Part shown: in pieces, positions 12,910-25,712 of the stretch | Layout: each line of letters starts with the position of its first letter | How positions within the stretch are numbered: position 1 is the first letter of the stretch | NCBI GenBank assembly: GCA_951406725.2 | Contig: OX597821.1 | Span: forward strand, 44,888,001 to 44,952,000 | From: Octopus vulgaris | Lineage: Eukaryota | Direction of reading: 5' to 3' | Length of the DNA stretch: 64,000 nt | The notes under the pieces: generated by a model | What the model was told of the DNA's origin: nothing | The model's database searches: none | The model's input: only the letters and a program-made list of their open reading frames with translations | Program-made: the position numbers and the translations under genes

Positions 12910-14800
12910 ATAGCAATGCATCCCGGCGTTGCCTGGGTGTTCAGCCACATTGTATTATTTGTTTCTTTCTTATGGGTAGAATCATTACATGAGGAGCATG
13001 AAGCAAACAACTCTTTTTTATAAATATGTTTTTTGATCATTTTGTGATGAATAATGCTGGAATTGTTGTCACCAAAAACATGTAGAATGGCAGCTTAGAT
13101 TAAGAATGAAATCCTAAAAATGCCCCCAAAATAACCTAGACTTAAGGATGTAAAGGATTGGATGATGAAAGAGAACGTAAAGGTATCTGTATTGCAAAAA
13201 GTAAGGTACATGGAGAAAAAGCTGTTTCATTGTGAAAAGCACCATCTCTGTAATGTTTGGGCAGACTGCACGCTTCAACATATGTTAAGTGAAGCCGATA
13301 ATGCTTCTGGGTAAACTATGCTTTGTGTAAGTCCCTTGCTGGTAGAATAAACATGCAAGTCATCTGCACCGCTAACTCAAGAGAAAAGCAGGGTAGTTGT
13401 AAATTGAGACCCACAATTTTTAGAGTTTGACCCTGGGCTTTGTTGAGTGTCATAGTGAAGCACAATCACACTGGAAACTGGAGGCACTTGAATTGAAATG
13501 GCACATTTGAGGGAATAAGGGGTATACGTGGAATCTATGTGATCTCTTTGATGGCAGCTGGCAATAATGGTTGCTTCTAGGACATGACTTGTCATCGTAG
13601 TTATAATCAATCTTGTACCATTGCATAGTTGTGGTGGGTCCAAATTTCTCAAGAGCATGATAGCAGTCATGTGGGCTGTAGAGAGTTGAGAAAGTCAACA
13701 GCGGCATGTTTGTTGATGGTAGTATCAGTGGAGACAAACGTCGAAGTATCTCCAGGAAGAATGTGGAGGAGTTCTTGGTTTACTTTATCAATGCTTTCAT
13801 TCCGAGGTACTAAATTAGCTCTCTCTGTGAACCATGCTATGTTTTTGAAGTTGTCTTGCAATGTGGGAAGTACCTTTTCTTTAAGCTCAGCCAATGTAGA
13901 AACCATGTACCCACATTGCAGTACATGCTGCTGCAGGGTGTTATTCAACAGTAAGGTGCCATTTCCAATTTGTAGAAGTTGAGAGAATTCCTCAGCTAAG
14001 GGATCATTGTAGAGATGAGCTCGCATATTCTTGCTTAATGAAAGCTGACGAGAGATGTAAACTTCAGACACACATAGATCTCATCAGCTTGCATACGCCA
14101 TGGTATGACTGGTAATATTTGACGGAAATCCCCTGCAAGGACAACAGTTAAGCCCCCCATAATAGCAGTATTCTTTCTAATATGCCTTAGTGACCTTTCT
14201 AGTGCACCATGGTGTGCCATCGTGCATTCATCCCAGGCAAGTGTCGTTTGGAGCAGAACTTCTGCCATTGGTGATCGTTATGAAATATTCCACATTTGGG
14301 CATCTGTTGATGTCAAATTGAAAGGTAATTTGAACGTTGAGTGAGCTGTTCATCCACCTGTTAACAAAGTTGCTGCTATCCCTGATGATTTACCAGAAGT
14401 AGGTCAAGTAGAAACGTTTTCCCTGTTCCTCTTCGTGCATCAATGACGACGTCCTTCTTGCAAGGTAGACATTACTATTTCATTGTAAACAGATCTTTGC
14501 TCGGCTTGCAATAATGGTTCAATTTCATCAAGTTGCCTTTTCAGGGCATGCAAGTCATATGCTCTTTCTCGAATGACTTCTCTTGAAAGGCTGTGATGTT
14601 CAGCTGAAGGTGTTGGAATGCCACAGTCACATGCACATTTGCCTCCAATGGAATTATGTCTTCTAAATGCCATAATGCTTTGGTGTATATAACATCCGAG
14701 TAAGAGACACTTGGCCCATGCAACCGTCAAGCTTCATGAAGTATGTCATCAGATAGGCTGTCTTTGTGGTTTTCCCAAAGTTGTGGATTCAGTAAATTAC
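12910..14800 (-). mobile_element. Degenerate Helitron (Pif1-family helicase portion and 3' terminal hairpin)
   Basis: Frameshifted ORFs contain the Pif1 motifs WDECTMAH..ALERSL, GGLTVVLAGDFRQILPVIP, LSKNMR and IMLLRNLDPPQLCNGTRL. The minus-strand 3' end reads 'cccaggcaacgccggg...gctat' (~12910-12937), resembling the Helitron subterminal hairpin plus a mutated CTAG. Confidence 0.85.
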
Positions 14801-15103
14801 AATGGTACAACATTATGTGTGTGTGTGTGTGTATATATATGTATAGGCATATGTATATATATATATATATATATGTACATATATGTATTTATGTGTGTAT
14901 AAAAATTAAAATTCTATTTGTGCAGCTGATGATAGCTCTGCATTTAAATTGATGTAATGATTGCATTGTTCAATTAAATGGAGACGCTTGAAACGGCCGT
15001 ACTGCATCGCTTCTTGATATCCTGTTGTTTATTTTGATTTTATTCAGACTGACTTGGTGCTTCAACTTCAGTACCTAATTCAACTGACTCTCAATTATTC
15101 CTT

Positions 15104-15248
15104 ATATATGTATATATACATGTACACACACACATATATTTTTCTATACATATATGTCTATGTATGTATGTATGTATGTATATATATATGTATGTATATA
15201 AATACATATGTATGTATATAAATACATATGTATGTATATATATATATG

Positions 15249-15286
<38 letters not shown>

Positions 15287-15717
15287 TATGTATGTATGTG
15301 TATATATATATGTATGTATATATGTATGTGTATGTATATATATGTGTGTATGTATATATATGTATGTATGTATGTATGTGTATGTATATATATGTGTGTA
15401 TGTATGTATGTGTATGTATATATATATGTGTGTATGTATATATATGTATGTATGTGTATGTATGTATATATATATATATTAATATATATATATATTATGT
15501 ATTATATACATATGTATATATATATATTAATATATATATATATTATGTATTATATACATATGTATATAAATATATATGTATGTGTATGTATGTATATATA
15601 TATATTAATATATATATATATTATGTATTATATACATATGTATATAAATACATATGTATGTATATGTGAATACATATGTATGTATATGTGTATATATATG
15701 TATATATACATATACAT
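15104..15717. repeat. ~600 bp compound (TA)n/(TATG)n microsatellite with a higher-order repeat
   Basis: Near-pure AT/GT alternation. The unit 'tattaatatatatatatattatgtattatatacatatgtatata' recurs three times between ~15477 and 15647. Confidence 0.95.
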
Positions 15718-15930
15718 GATGGCTTCCCACTCGTGATCGAGGAAGACCATTGCTGACCTTCAGGAACCTTATGCGCTCTAGGACTAAATTATGTTTTGCA
15801 TTTGCAGTTCCGTTGGTGGTTAATGAGCTCTGCTCTTGACAAGCATACACAACTGCAAGTTCAAATGCAGGAGTGAAAATAGAGTGAAAGACAATTGTCA
15901 AGGATGAATGAGGAAGCATCTCATAAAAAT
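15718..15930 (-). mobile_element. 3' terminal fragment of an RTE-like LINE
   Basis: The minus strand reads CSCVCLSRAELINHQRNCK (C-terminal Zn-finger-like motif of RTE ORFs), then a short 3' UTR '...gatcacgagtgggaagccatc' running into the microsatellite. Confidence 0.5.
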
Positions 15931-16387
15931 GTGATCATTTAAGAAAAGATACAATATCCTGTATCCAGGGATATTGCAGACATTAAAAACTGTTCTGCAG
16001 AAATGTCTCCATATTGTAGATGTATCCTTCCTTGGAAAAGAAATAAACTGGTAAGAAATAAGTGTACTGAACTTGAGGCTGAAGATTTTCTTGAATTACA
16101 AGCATTAAAACTAACTCCATTCTGTATGGTTTTTTTTTTTTTTGTTGTCAAGTTTCTAATTGAACCACTCAGTGCATATCAACAGGCTCTAAGCCTTTTC
16201 TAGAAAAAGGGAAATGCTTTGTGTCTAAGCAACACATTTTTGTTACATTATTCATTTTGTTTTTGTTATTTTAACAAGCAATTCTATTTATTTAATTTTT
16301 GATATTGTTATATCGAGTTGTTGAATGTTCATTGTCTGAAGAAGAGTTATTTATTTTCTAAAAATATTTTTCTTCTCCACTCCTCAG

Positions 16388-16564
16388 ACTGGCGACAAAG
16401 ATAAAGATGCTGACTCTTCAAAGTCTGCTAAAGCAATCCATGTGACATTCATTCCAAAGAGATCGAAGACATGTGTGAATCTCAGTTTGCTTTTCTTCTC
16501 TTTATTGGTTCTTTCTGCTGGTGTTATAGGTGGAATTTACTTGTATACACGCCTGAGACAGAAG
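16388..16564 (+). CDS. ITM2: ITM2/BRI2-like BRICHOS protein, coding exon with cytoplasmic tail and transmembrane helix (upstream coding exon not found)
   Basis: Polypyrimidine tract 'ttttcttctccactcctcag|' and donor '|gtaaat'. 177 nt, phase 0/0. Encodes TGDKDKDADSSKSAKAIHVTFIPKRSKTCVNLSLLFFSLLVLSAGVIGGIYLYTRLRQK; the GG.YLY end of the helix is typical of ITM2. Confidence 0.85.
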
Positions 16565-17818
16565 GTAAATAAAAATGTTTTACTTATCTTTTGCAATGAA
16601 ATTTCTAAATTTATAAGTTTGATGAACACTACTGTTATAGTACAGCAAAAATTTTCTCTAAAACTAAAAAGAAAATGTAAGTATTTCAAAATATAACACT
16701 GTGTAACACGATTTTTGCCCTTGGGTAGCAACTGCTATTTCCTATTTGCTTACCCCTAGAAAGTAAGAAAAATGTCCAATATTCCTTTAAACTTTCTTTT
16801 GTTACATTTATTCAAACCTCAAAAGATCCTTCTGAATACATAGCTATGATTCTCCTCCTCTGCTGCTGCTCATGTTCATTGATGCAATATTATCAGTCAT
16901 TAAGAGATATGGTCAAGCAACTGACAAGCAAATCTGTGGTATTGAGCAGAATATTTGCTATAACAATATTTCGGCTTCAGCAACTCAGCACTGAATCTGT
17001 CTGAAATGTAATGGAAAACAGGTCAGTTTCAAAATATTAATGTCCAGGTTACAAAAGCAAAGTTTGAAGGGAATAGTAGTCATTTCCTTTGATTTCTCGG
17101 TAGAAGCAGATAGGCAATAACACTTGCTGACCAAAGACAAAAACGAAAAAATGAAAATTTTGTTGCATAGTGTAATGAGACTGATGAAAATAAAAATGCA
17201 TTTATAAAGGTGCAATGTTGCTTGCCAGATAATGTTTACAGCATTACTGTCTCCTTAATCTGATCACTTAGGACTCATGAAGCCTGACTTTAACCTGGTT
17301 TCCATAGTGTATAAGTAACTGAGAATACATGACCCCTTCACCTGAACAAGATGCCAGTCCATTGCAGGGCTAATTTCCTAGCTATTGCTGGAACTCATAG
17401 CTGAGTGGATAGGAGCAACATGAAGTTTTTGCTTATGAACACAATGCACCACCTGGTCTCGGAATTAAAACCACAATTGTAAGATTATGAGTGCAACACT
17501 CTAACCATTAGGCCACGCATGTTTGTTGATGAGATAGGGAAAAACTTGAGTAATGTTTTCTGAATAAAACATGAAATTCAATATTACAAGCTTGCATGAG
17601 AATTAAAATTATTTAATGAAAATTACATAAAGATGTATTTCTCTGATAGAAAATTACAATCACTGGTGAAAAACTTGTTTTTACTATTAGCTTCTTTTAG
17701 AACATGTTATTTATTTAGAAATGGTTTTCTTTTGTTTCATTTTAAACCGTTACAAATAAATTTGTCTTTAGTGTAAAGGAAAAGGAATGTGTTAATAATT
17801 TAAAACTATCTTTTACAG

Positions 17819-18052
17819 GTAACCAGAGGGCGATGTGGAGTAACCTATGTTCAGGATTTTGTTATGAGGAATTATAAACATTCTTCCCCAGTGTCCAACA
17901 AGCTTCGAACTCATGGGCACCCAGACTCAAACCTTCGTGCAATTTCATTTTTTGAAGAAAATGTTGAAGTAATTGACAATTATTTTGAAAGAGTTGAGAT
18001 ACCCAAATTTGATGATTGTAAGGATGCAGTGATTTTTCATGATTTTGAAAGG
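17819..18052 (+). CDS. ITM2: ITM2-like protein, linker exon and start of BRICHOS domain
   Basis: 'ttttacag|' ... '|gtgagt'. 234 nt, phase 0/0. Encodes VTRGRCGVTY...FFEENVEVIDNYFERVEIPKFDDCKDAVIFHDFER, matching the ITM2 motifs CGV.Y, E.I.VP.F and HDF. Confidence 0.9.
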
Positions 18053-18074
18053 GTGAGTACTTAATAATAATAAT

Positions 18075-18470
18075 AATAATAATTGTGTACAGTGCTCAGG
18101 TGCACTACAACTCATCTAAAGTGTATATATAATCAGGTGTAGTTTCGGCGGATTTCGGAAAGCATGAGGGCCTTAAAAGATGCAGTGTCATGGCAGTCAA
18201 CAACTGACGCAGGCAGTTTATTCCATGCTTCAGCAACTCTGAGCGTGAAAAAATGTTTCCGAAAGTCATGGGAGCTGTATTGTTTTCTGACTTTGTAGGC
18301 ATGTCCACGTGTGTTAGACACATGGAGATCAAAAAGGTGTTCAGTGTTGTTGTTGGTGAGGTGGTTGATAACTTTGTGGGTAATTGTGGTAACTTGTGTT
18401 TGTAATTTAGCCATTGTATACTTTGAAATTGAAAGATTAGCAACCTGTCTTTTATTTACTAGGTGATGGC
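18075..18470 (-). mobile_element. CR1-type LINE 3' fragment in an ITM2 intron
   Basis: ORF 18133-18474 has TRGHAYKVRK...RKHFFTLRVAEAWNKLP, the canonical CR1 ORF2 C-terminus. It ends in an (ATT)n tail immediately next to the exon donor. Confidence 0.85.
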
Positions 18471-18850
18471 ACAAGTTGTTCAGAATTTGACTGATTGAAG
18501 TATTTCTTAATCACTAAGTCAAATACACTGTCATAATTAGTTACTGTTTTTTGGGTGGGGAGTTCTGTATTTTAGTTTTTAGGTCTACAGCATGAAAGAA
18601 AAAGTTATAGGGGAAATAATCTATAAATATTTTTAATTTTACATAGCTTCAATGTTTTCTGAAATAAATATAAAATCTATTCCGAGTTTCTAATACCTTT
18701 TCTAAATACAACTAAAAAAAATATCATTCATTCTTTTGCTTGCATTTTATGTCACAATATATCAAGTAAAATTATTGAATTAAAAATGAAATTTAGATAT
18801 GTTCTAATTTTTCAATTGTCAATTACTTTTTTCTTAATTTCTCTTTTCAG

Positions 18851-18961
18851 AACTTTACTACTATCGTGGACAAAGACATTAAAAAGTGTTTTGTTATGAA
18901 ATTGAACCAGTCTGTTATTGCTCCTCCCAAGAATCTGTTGGATTTGCTTACTAAGTTAAAT
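18851..18961 (+). CDS. ITM2: ITM2-like protein, BRICHOS exon
   Basis: 'ctcttttcag|' ... '|gtaggt'. 111 nt, phase 0/0. Encodes NFTTIVDKDIKKCFVMKLNQSVIAPPKNLLDLLTKLN, with the conserved Asp, the first BRICHOS Cys and PP.NL. Too short to appear in the ORF track. Confidence 0.9.
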
Positions 18962-19966
18962 GTAGGTTTAATTTAATTTACAATTTTAAAAATTTCATCT
19001 TGATTTTTCTTGATCAATTAAAACTAATGAAAAGGCTTTGAGAAATGGGGCCCACTTGTTCCCAATTTTCCATGAAAACATGTCTGTCCATGGGGAAATA
19101 TTACTCTGCTTTGGAAATGATGAGGGTTAACAGCAAGAAGGGCATCAAGCTGTAGAAAATCTCCTTCAACGAATCCCATGTGACCCACACTGAATTTGTT
19201 GAAGGAGGTGGAACCCAAAACTCTGTGGTTGAAAAGCAAGCTTTTTAACCTCACAGCCATGGAAATGTTTGATAAAAGTTTACACTCTCTGCATTTGAAG
19301 ATGAAAATATTGATTTTCTAATAGTTTCTTCTTCACACCTGAAATGCCATCTTATTCTAAGTTGGGAACCCCTGTTGCTGTGGTTAAGGTGATGATTGCA
19401 TATGTATGGGGTTAAAGATTACAACAAAGGTACACTGTTTATCAGGATTAACTTTATCTCTTTTTTTACTGAATTTCTTACCAAAATACATTCCTTATGA
19501 GTTTCAATTAAATTCTAAAATAATTGTGAATTCATACCAACTCCAACTTTGTTATTTATCATCATATGATTTTTGGAATACAATTTAACAAGGTTCTTAA
19601 CGAAATCTATTGCATAATGTTCATCTCAAATTGAATCTAATTACAGGTAGATGTAGATAAATTCAGCAAAATTCAAAATTATTAAAATTCTGTTTAAACA
19701 TCACCATGGTAAATGAGCTATTTGCTAATATTCATTGAATATATAACAAAATTTTAATAGATAAGGATCTTTTAAATTACTGGATTATCTATCAGTTGAA
19801 ATTATTACATTACATAGGTAAAACAACAAAACACTGGAGTTTATCTTTGAAGAAAACTAAAGAACAGAATATACATCAGCTAAATGAAATAAACTCACAC
19901 ACATACATAAAAGTGCAAACATATACAAATGAGATAAATTTGAAAAATATATTTATAAATCAAACT

Positions 19967-20025
<59 letters not shown>

Positions 20026-20834
20026 TAAATATATGCACACACACACACAATATTCCTAAAAATGCTTGGATTTCTTATTAACATGTGGGAAACCTCAAAC
20101 TACCTGTTTTTGTTCTTTGTTCTGTATATTGATTGGTTTCCACAGTAAATGCTTCAAAGGAAAAAGTAAGAAAAAAAATAATCTAATGGTTTTGTTTTCT
20201 TGGAAAGATTGTGGCTAGGTCTAGTGTCTTCTTAAAAATAACTAAGCAAAGCTGTTTTCAAATTCTTCGTATATTCTGGCACAAATAGATTTTTGTTATC
20301 ACTGTTGGTTCTAACAGGACTCTTGTTGTTTCTTGTCAGTTCAGTCAGTGAAACAGGTAACTAGTCACTTTAGCAGGAGATAGTTACATTTGCTGTATAT
20401 TGTGGTTCATGTTGACCATTCAGAATATAATAAACCCAGATACCTAGTCACTGTAGCAACAGACAGTTACATTTGCTCTTTTAACTTTGTCTGATAGATG
20501 TTTGGATGAGTGGCTGCTATTTTTAGTAGTTTTAAGAATTAGTATATTTACAAGTAATATCTGCAATTATAAAAATAAACCATGGAAAGCAGGCATATGA
20601 AAAATAACTGAATTTTATTTATAGAATAATTAAAGTATTAAATTCTAAATTTAAATATATTAATCCTTGTTAGTAAAATATACATTTGTATCATTTTCTA
20701 GTATAGATATTTGATTAAATCATTCAGGGTATCTGTTGACAGTGAAAGTTAGTTATTGAGTATATTCTTTAAGAACCAATTCTTTTATACTTTAATTTAG
20801 ACTGAGTGTTATTATTGTTATTGTATTGTTGCAG

Positions 20835-20982
20835 ACTGGCTACTATGTTCCTCGTGCTACTGTTGTAAGACAGACTTACACTATTGTACATCCAGCAACC
20901 AAGGATCTGAGCATACTGGGACAGCAAGTAAGAAAGGAATGTGGTACATTTCATACATACATGTTGAGAAAGCTTGATAAGT
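20835..20982 (+). CDS. ITM2: ITM2-like protein, BRICHOS C-terminal exon
   Basis: 'tgttgcag|' ... '|gtaagt'. 148 nt, phase 0/1. Encodes TGYYVPRATVVRQTYTIVHPATKDLSILGQQVRKECGTFHTYMLRKLDK, with GYY.P, the second BRICHOS Cys and TY.L. Confidence 0.9.
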
Positions 20983-23550
20983 GTAAGTTTTGCTGCTCAT
21001 TACTATCATTATCTGCCATTTGTTTTATTTTTCATGTTGACACACTCAAGAATATTTTTTGCCTGACGTTATAACACCCAACCCTGTCTTGTTTAAGTGT
21101 TTTGTTATAAGTTTTTGCTCTTGTACTTCCTGTTAACCATTCCATGTTATGTTTTTTTATTCATATTACACACCCAATTAAAATGCAGTGTATTAGCTTC
21201 AAAAAATGAAAGCAAATTGACCAGAAATGACAACACTGACATTTTCCTAACTTCATGTAGACAGCATAAAAAAAAACTGATAAATCCTCTAAATTCTATT
21301 AACTGAACTCTCTCATTATGATGTGTCCACAAGCATCCACTTGTATAGTGCCTTCTAGTGATATTTTAAGTATTTCAAAAATAACAACTGAGATACACTA
21401 TTCCAATGTGCTGTACCCAACAACAAACACCACTATGAAGGTAATTCAGTGGCTTACATGTAGACATATGATAGCCAATACATGTGAGCAAGGCAGTAAT
21501 CCTAACTGCTGAGCTGTACAAAAAGAATTGATGAGAAGCAACCGTGGTGTTCTTGTCAATTCACTTTAGATTGTGCACAGGAAATTATAAGATTTCATTA
21601 TCATTACTGCCAATCAATTTACTTTCACTTTTTAAATCCCTAAATTGCATATTTACCACATATCTTTACAGTCAGTTCTACATACGTTGGAAAATGATTT
21701 TGATATTCACCTACTGATTTTTGCTACTCATTTACACACATCCTTCTACTTACTCTGCACTCAACAAATCATTGTACTCTCCCTCCATCTTAACTCTTAT
21801 TGTGCTGTACAGCATGAATCCACAGCCACACTGCATCTATCAGTTAGTTCTATACCACCAGACAAATCAAACTTCCCTTGTTTACATTTGTTTTAAAGGG
21901 AGTTATGAACTCCCTAATCTAAGGGAGTAAGTTTTAATCCCTTCCTCAATCATTTCATTACTTTCTGTAACATTTGCTATTAATTTAAAGTGTCACTTGG
22001 GGGATGAGCTGACAGTTGTTGGCATGCAAGGCAAAATGCATAGCGGCATTTTGTCTGTCTTTACATTTAGTATTCAAGTTCCATTGAGGCTGACCTAGCG
22101 TTTCATCCTTTCAGGGTTGATAAAATAAGTACCAGTTAAGCACTGAGGTTGATGTATTTGACTTATCCCTTCCCCTGAAATTGCTGACCTTGTAACAAAT
22201 TGTCACTGAATTTTCTCCTTTTTTTTGTCTGGAGTTATTTTTTGTATTGAAACTCTCTATGAGAAATACGTTCTAATCATGCTTTAAGTAATAACTTATG
22301 TGATGATTTAATCAAAAAAATTCATGGCAGGTAAGGTTTTAGAGATTGTAACCAGAGCAATATATCTGTTTCCTTCATGCACTCCCAATGTTTGACATCA
22401 CTCAGATTAAATATTACCTGAATGAGCCAACACTGAACCTTTTGCAAGTATTGTTGGTCCAAAAACACCCTTTTCATCATACTTCTCCTCTACACCACTC
22501 TACCCACCCATTTGTTATGTAGGGAAGCATTGCATCTCCTCCTCAACCCCATTCCTCTTCCCACTGTCTTTATCATTCTTAAGCTCTCACTAATCTCCAC
22601 CCATATGCAGCCTGAGCTAGAACTACATCTCCCACTGTGGAATCACTCTCTGAACAATAAACTTTTGAAAGTACTGTAAGAACTGTCTTGGATCCTAACA
22701 AACCACTTAACCTATTTAGGCATATAAAATGGGCTGACCCATCCAATAACTGGGTTCTCCTCTTCAACCTATCATTTTCACACTAATCCCTCACATTATC
22801 CTTCTCTTGCTCTCCATTATCACTTTTACTCCCACCCCACATTGTTTCCTCTGTTATTTGTACTGTAATCATCCTCTAACAATAAGTCTGTTCTTTCTGT
22901 CAAGGGGACACTTTCAGATTGCAAGCTGCACTATAACCCCAACATGCCAGTACCATTAAAAAGCCCTCCGTTAACTCTTAGTGATTGGTAACTGATTCAA
23001 GCAACAACAAGACAGCGCAGAGCTTGAAAGGGCTTTTTAGTTTTGCTGACAGCAAGACTATACCTTTAAAGATACCACAAATGATAATTAAAAAAGTACC
23101 CAATACATTCAGTAAGGTGGGCATCCAACTATGGGAACCATTCCAAAACCGAGACATTGGAACAAGACCTAGTTCTCTGACCTATTGAACCCTGTCAAAT
23201 TATCCTATCTTTGCTAGCATGGAAAATGGATGTCAAATGATGATGTTCGTGCGTGTGTGTGTATATAAATAAAAGAAGCCTGTCATATATATATATATAT
23301 GTCTTTAGGACCGTTTGTTCTCCCACCACCAATTGATAAGTGGTGTTGGGTTGTTTACATCCCTGTAACTTAGAGATTTGGCAAAAGAGATCAATAGAAT
23401 AAGTACCAAACCTTTAAAAAAAACGTAGTGAGGTCAATTTATTTAACTAAAACTTTTTGTGGTCATAGTCTAATGACTGAAACAAAAGATAAAAGATATA
23501 TATCTGTGCACACACATTATTTTAATAAAGCTAAGAAAAATCTTCCCAAA

Positions 23551-23588
23551 CTGTTTCTCAGAGTTTCACATGATCCTTCTTCAGACAG
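23551..23588 (-). ncRNA. Degenerate minimal hammerhead ribozyme remnant
   Basis: The minus strand reads ctgt-CTGAAGA-aggatcatgt-GAAA-ctctgag-aa-acag: stem I ctgt/acag, both core boxes and a near-palindromic stem III. The cleavage triplet is GAA instead of GUH and stem II is poor. Confidence 0.45.
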
Positions 23589-24387
23589 GTGTGATAATAT
23601 ATAAATATATATATATATAATGAAATTATTGTATACAGTACTCAGGTGCACCACAACTTGTCAAAAGTGCGTATAAAGTATATGCAGTAATGTACAAATG
23701 TTTGGAAAGTGAACAGTGTATAAGTCAGATACATGCTTGCGTGTGCAGACTAGTAATCCATTTCTGCTTATACCTTTTACAAAAAACATATAAATATATA
23801 TATTTACTTACTCGCACACACATACACATATGTATGTATAGATATATAAATCTTTAATTTAAAGTTTTGGCCCACTTCTATTCTGTTTAATCCTTGTAAT
23901 ACTCTTGACATAGTCTATCTCATTCCGATTATTATATTTTCACTTGCACCTACACAAAGTTTTTCAATTCAACTAGTATTCCTATATATTTATGTTACAG
24001 TCAATCCCCACTATACACCACTACTGTTTAAAATAGTTGCCCAATCAGCTTTAAATGCTTATTCATTGAACTGATAAATGCTTGTATATTCTCACAATTT
24101 ACAAAATTTCTTTACTAGTTTGTATTATCATAAGTCTGGTGAATGGTCACGTTAAACTTGGAGTTTTTTGGGAGTTTTAATAAAATAACATTACGGTACA
24201 AATAACATTTATTTGAGGATTTTTACCACCTTGTTTTGCACTTATGTACTTATTTGTGCATGTGTGTGTGTGTGTAAGCTAAGTGCTGGGGTCAATTCTT
24301 TCTGCTAAAAATAAGTTGGCTGCAGTCAGATGACTGAAGCAAGTAATATATATATATATATATAATATAATAATATAATATAATGAA

Positions 24388-24724
24388 GGCGCGTGGCTCA
24401 GTGGTTAGAGCGTCGAGCTTACGATCGTGAGGTTGTGAGCTCGAATCCCGGACCGGGCTGCGTGTTGTGTTCTTGAGCAAGACACTTTATTTCACGTTGC
24501 TCCAGTTCACTCAGCTGTAGAAATAAGTTGCGACGTCACAGGTGCCAAGCTGTATCAGCCCCTTTGCCTTTCCCTTGGACAACATCGGTGACGTGGAGAG
24601 GGGAGGCCGGTATGCATGGGCGACTGCTGGTCTCCCATAAAACAACCTTGCCCAGACTTGTGCCTCAGAGGGTAACTCTCTAGATGCAAACCCATGGTCA
24701 GTGTCTGACCGAAGGGGGTCACCA
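24388..24724 (+). mobile_element. Young full-length tRNA-derived SINE with target-site duplication
   Basis: Head 'ggcgcgtggctcagtggttagagc...gagctcgaatccc' (Pol III A and B boxes). CpGs are retained. Flanked by the direct repeat 'aatataatgaa' (24377-24387 and 24724-24734). Confidence 0.9.
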
Positions 24725-24729
24725 ATATA

Positions 24730-25712
24730 ATGAAATTGTATATAGTGCTCAGGTGAACTACAACTTGTCAGATGTGCATGTACAGTACGTTGAATTATGT
24801 ACAAAAATCATGAAAGTGGACGGTGTACGAGTCATGATATACATATGTGCATGCATATGGAGGCAGGGATATCAGGTGTAGTGTTGGTATATTTCAGGAA
24901 ATATGGAGGTTTAAAGTATGCAATGTCTCTGCAACTAACAACTGATGCAAGTAGTTTGTTCCATGCATCAGCAACTCTGCTTGTGAAACAGATATTTCCA
25001 AAAGTTGTGGGAGCTGTGCTGTTTTCTGACTTTGTAGGAATGCCGACATGTGTTAGACACATGGAGCTCAAGGTGGTTGTTGGCATGTTGATTAGTAATT
25101 TTGTGAGTGTTTACCAAGTCAGTTGCCAGACGTTGGAGCTGCCCAGGGAAGCAAGGCAGCATTCAGGGTATGGTAGATGACTGATGGAGAGTATTCACTT
25201 GGTCACACATCTCTTAACAGTTTCCAGGAGGTCAGTGTCCTGAGCAATATAGGGGTTCTAGACTGGTGATGCAAATTCCAAGTGTGGCTACATCATAGCC
25301 ATATACAGATAGCTGGAAAACGGCTGACGAAGGTCTTGCTGAGTGATGCCAAGAAACCTTCGGCCTTCTTGACAATTTTAGAAATGTGCTTTGTCCTGTG
25401 CAAATCACTGCTAACAGTAATGCCCTGGTCACGTTCAAAAGATGACTTCTTGATACTAGTGTTGTGGAGAGAGTATGTGGACACTAGGTTTTTCCTCCCC
25501 AAATGCATGGTGGTACACTTGTCCACAGCCAGCTTGAGTTGCCAGTCCATGATCCATTGTTGCATTGTGTCCAGGCCTGATTGCAGGAAAGGCCTATAGT
25601 GTTCAGAATCTGTCCATTTTATCTCAAAGTGTAGCTTGATGTCATCTGCATATTTCAGCACTGTAGCATTCTTTAAGTTGGTATCCATGTCATTCATATA
25701 TACTGCAAACAA
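24730..25712 (-). mobile_element. CR1-type LINE, 5'-truncated RT fragment
   Basis: FAVYMNDM...LKYADDIKL...WQLKLAVDKCTTMHLG (RT YADD region), then the C-terminal region and a 3' end ('gtgctcaggtg.actacaact') shared with 18075-18470. Confidence 0.88.

Noticed and set aside
13377-14730. Host PIF1 helicase gene
   Set aside because: Intronless, multiply frameshifted and followed by a Helitron-type terminus.
15164-15736. Long ORFs (190 and 153 aa) rich in Y/I/M/C/V
   Set aside because: Translations of a TA/TG microsatellite. The same applies to the many YIYI, CVCV and THTH ORFs elsewhere.
20361-20478. 34 bp direct repeat (ctagtcact.tagca..aga.agttacatttgct); similar short tandem duplications at 58391-58425 and 33998-34032
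   Set aside because: Two copies only; consistent with ordinary local slippage duplications.
24388-24460. Possible tRNA gene
   Set aside because: The tRNA-like head continues into a SINE body with a TSD, and related copies occur elsewhere in the window. No proper acceptor stem.
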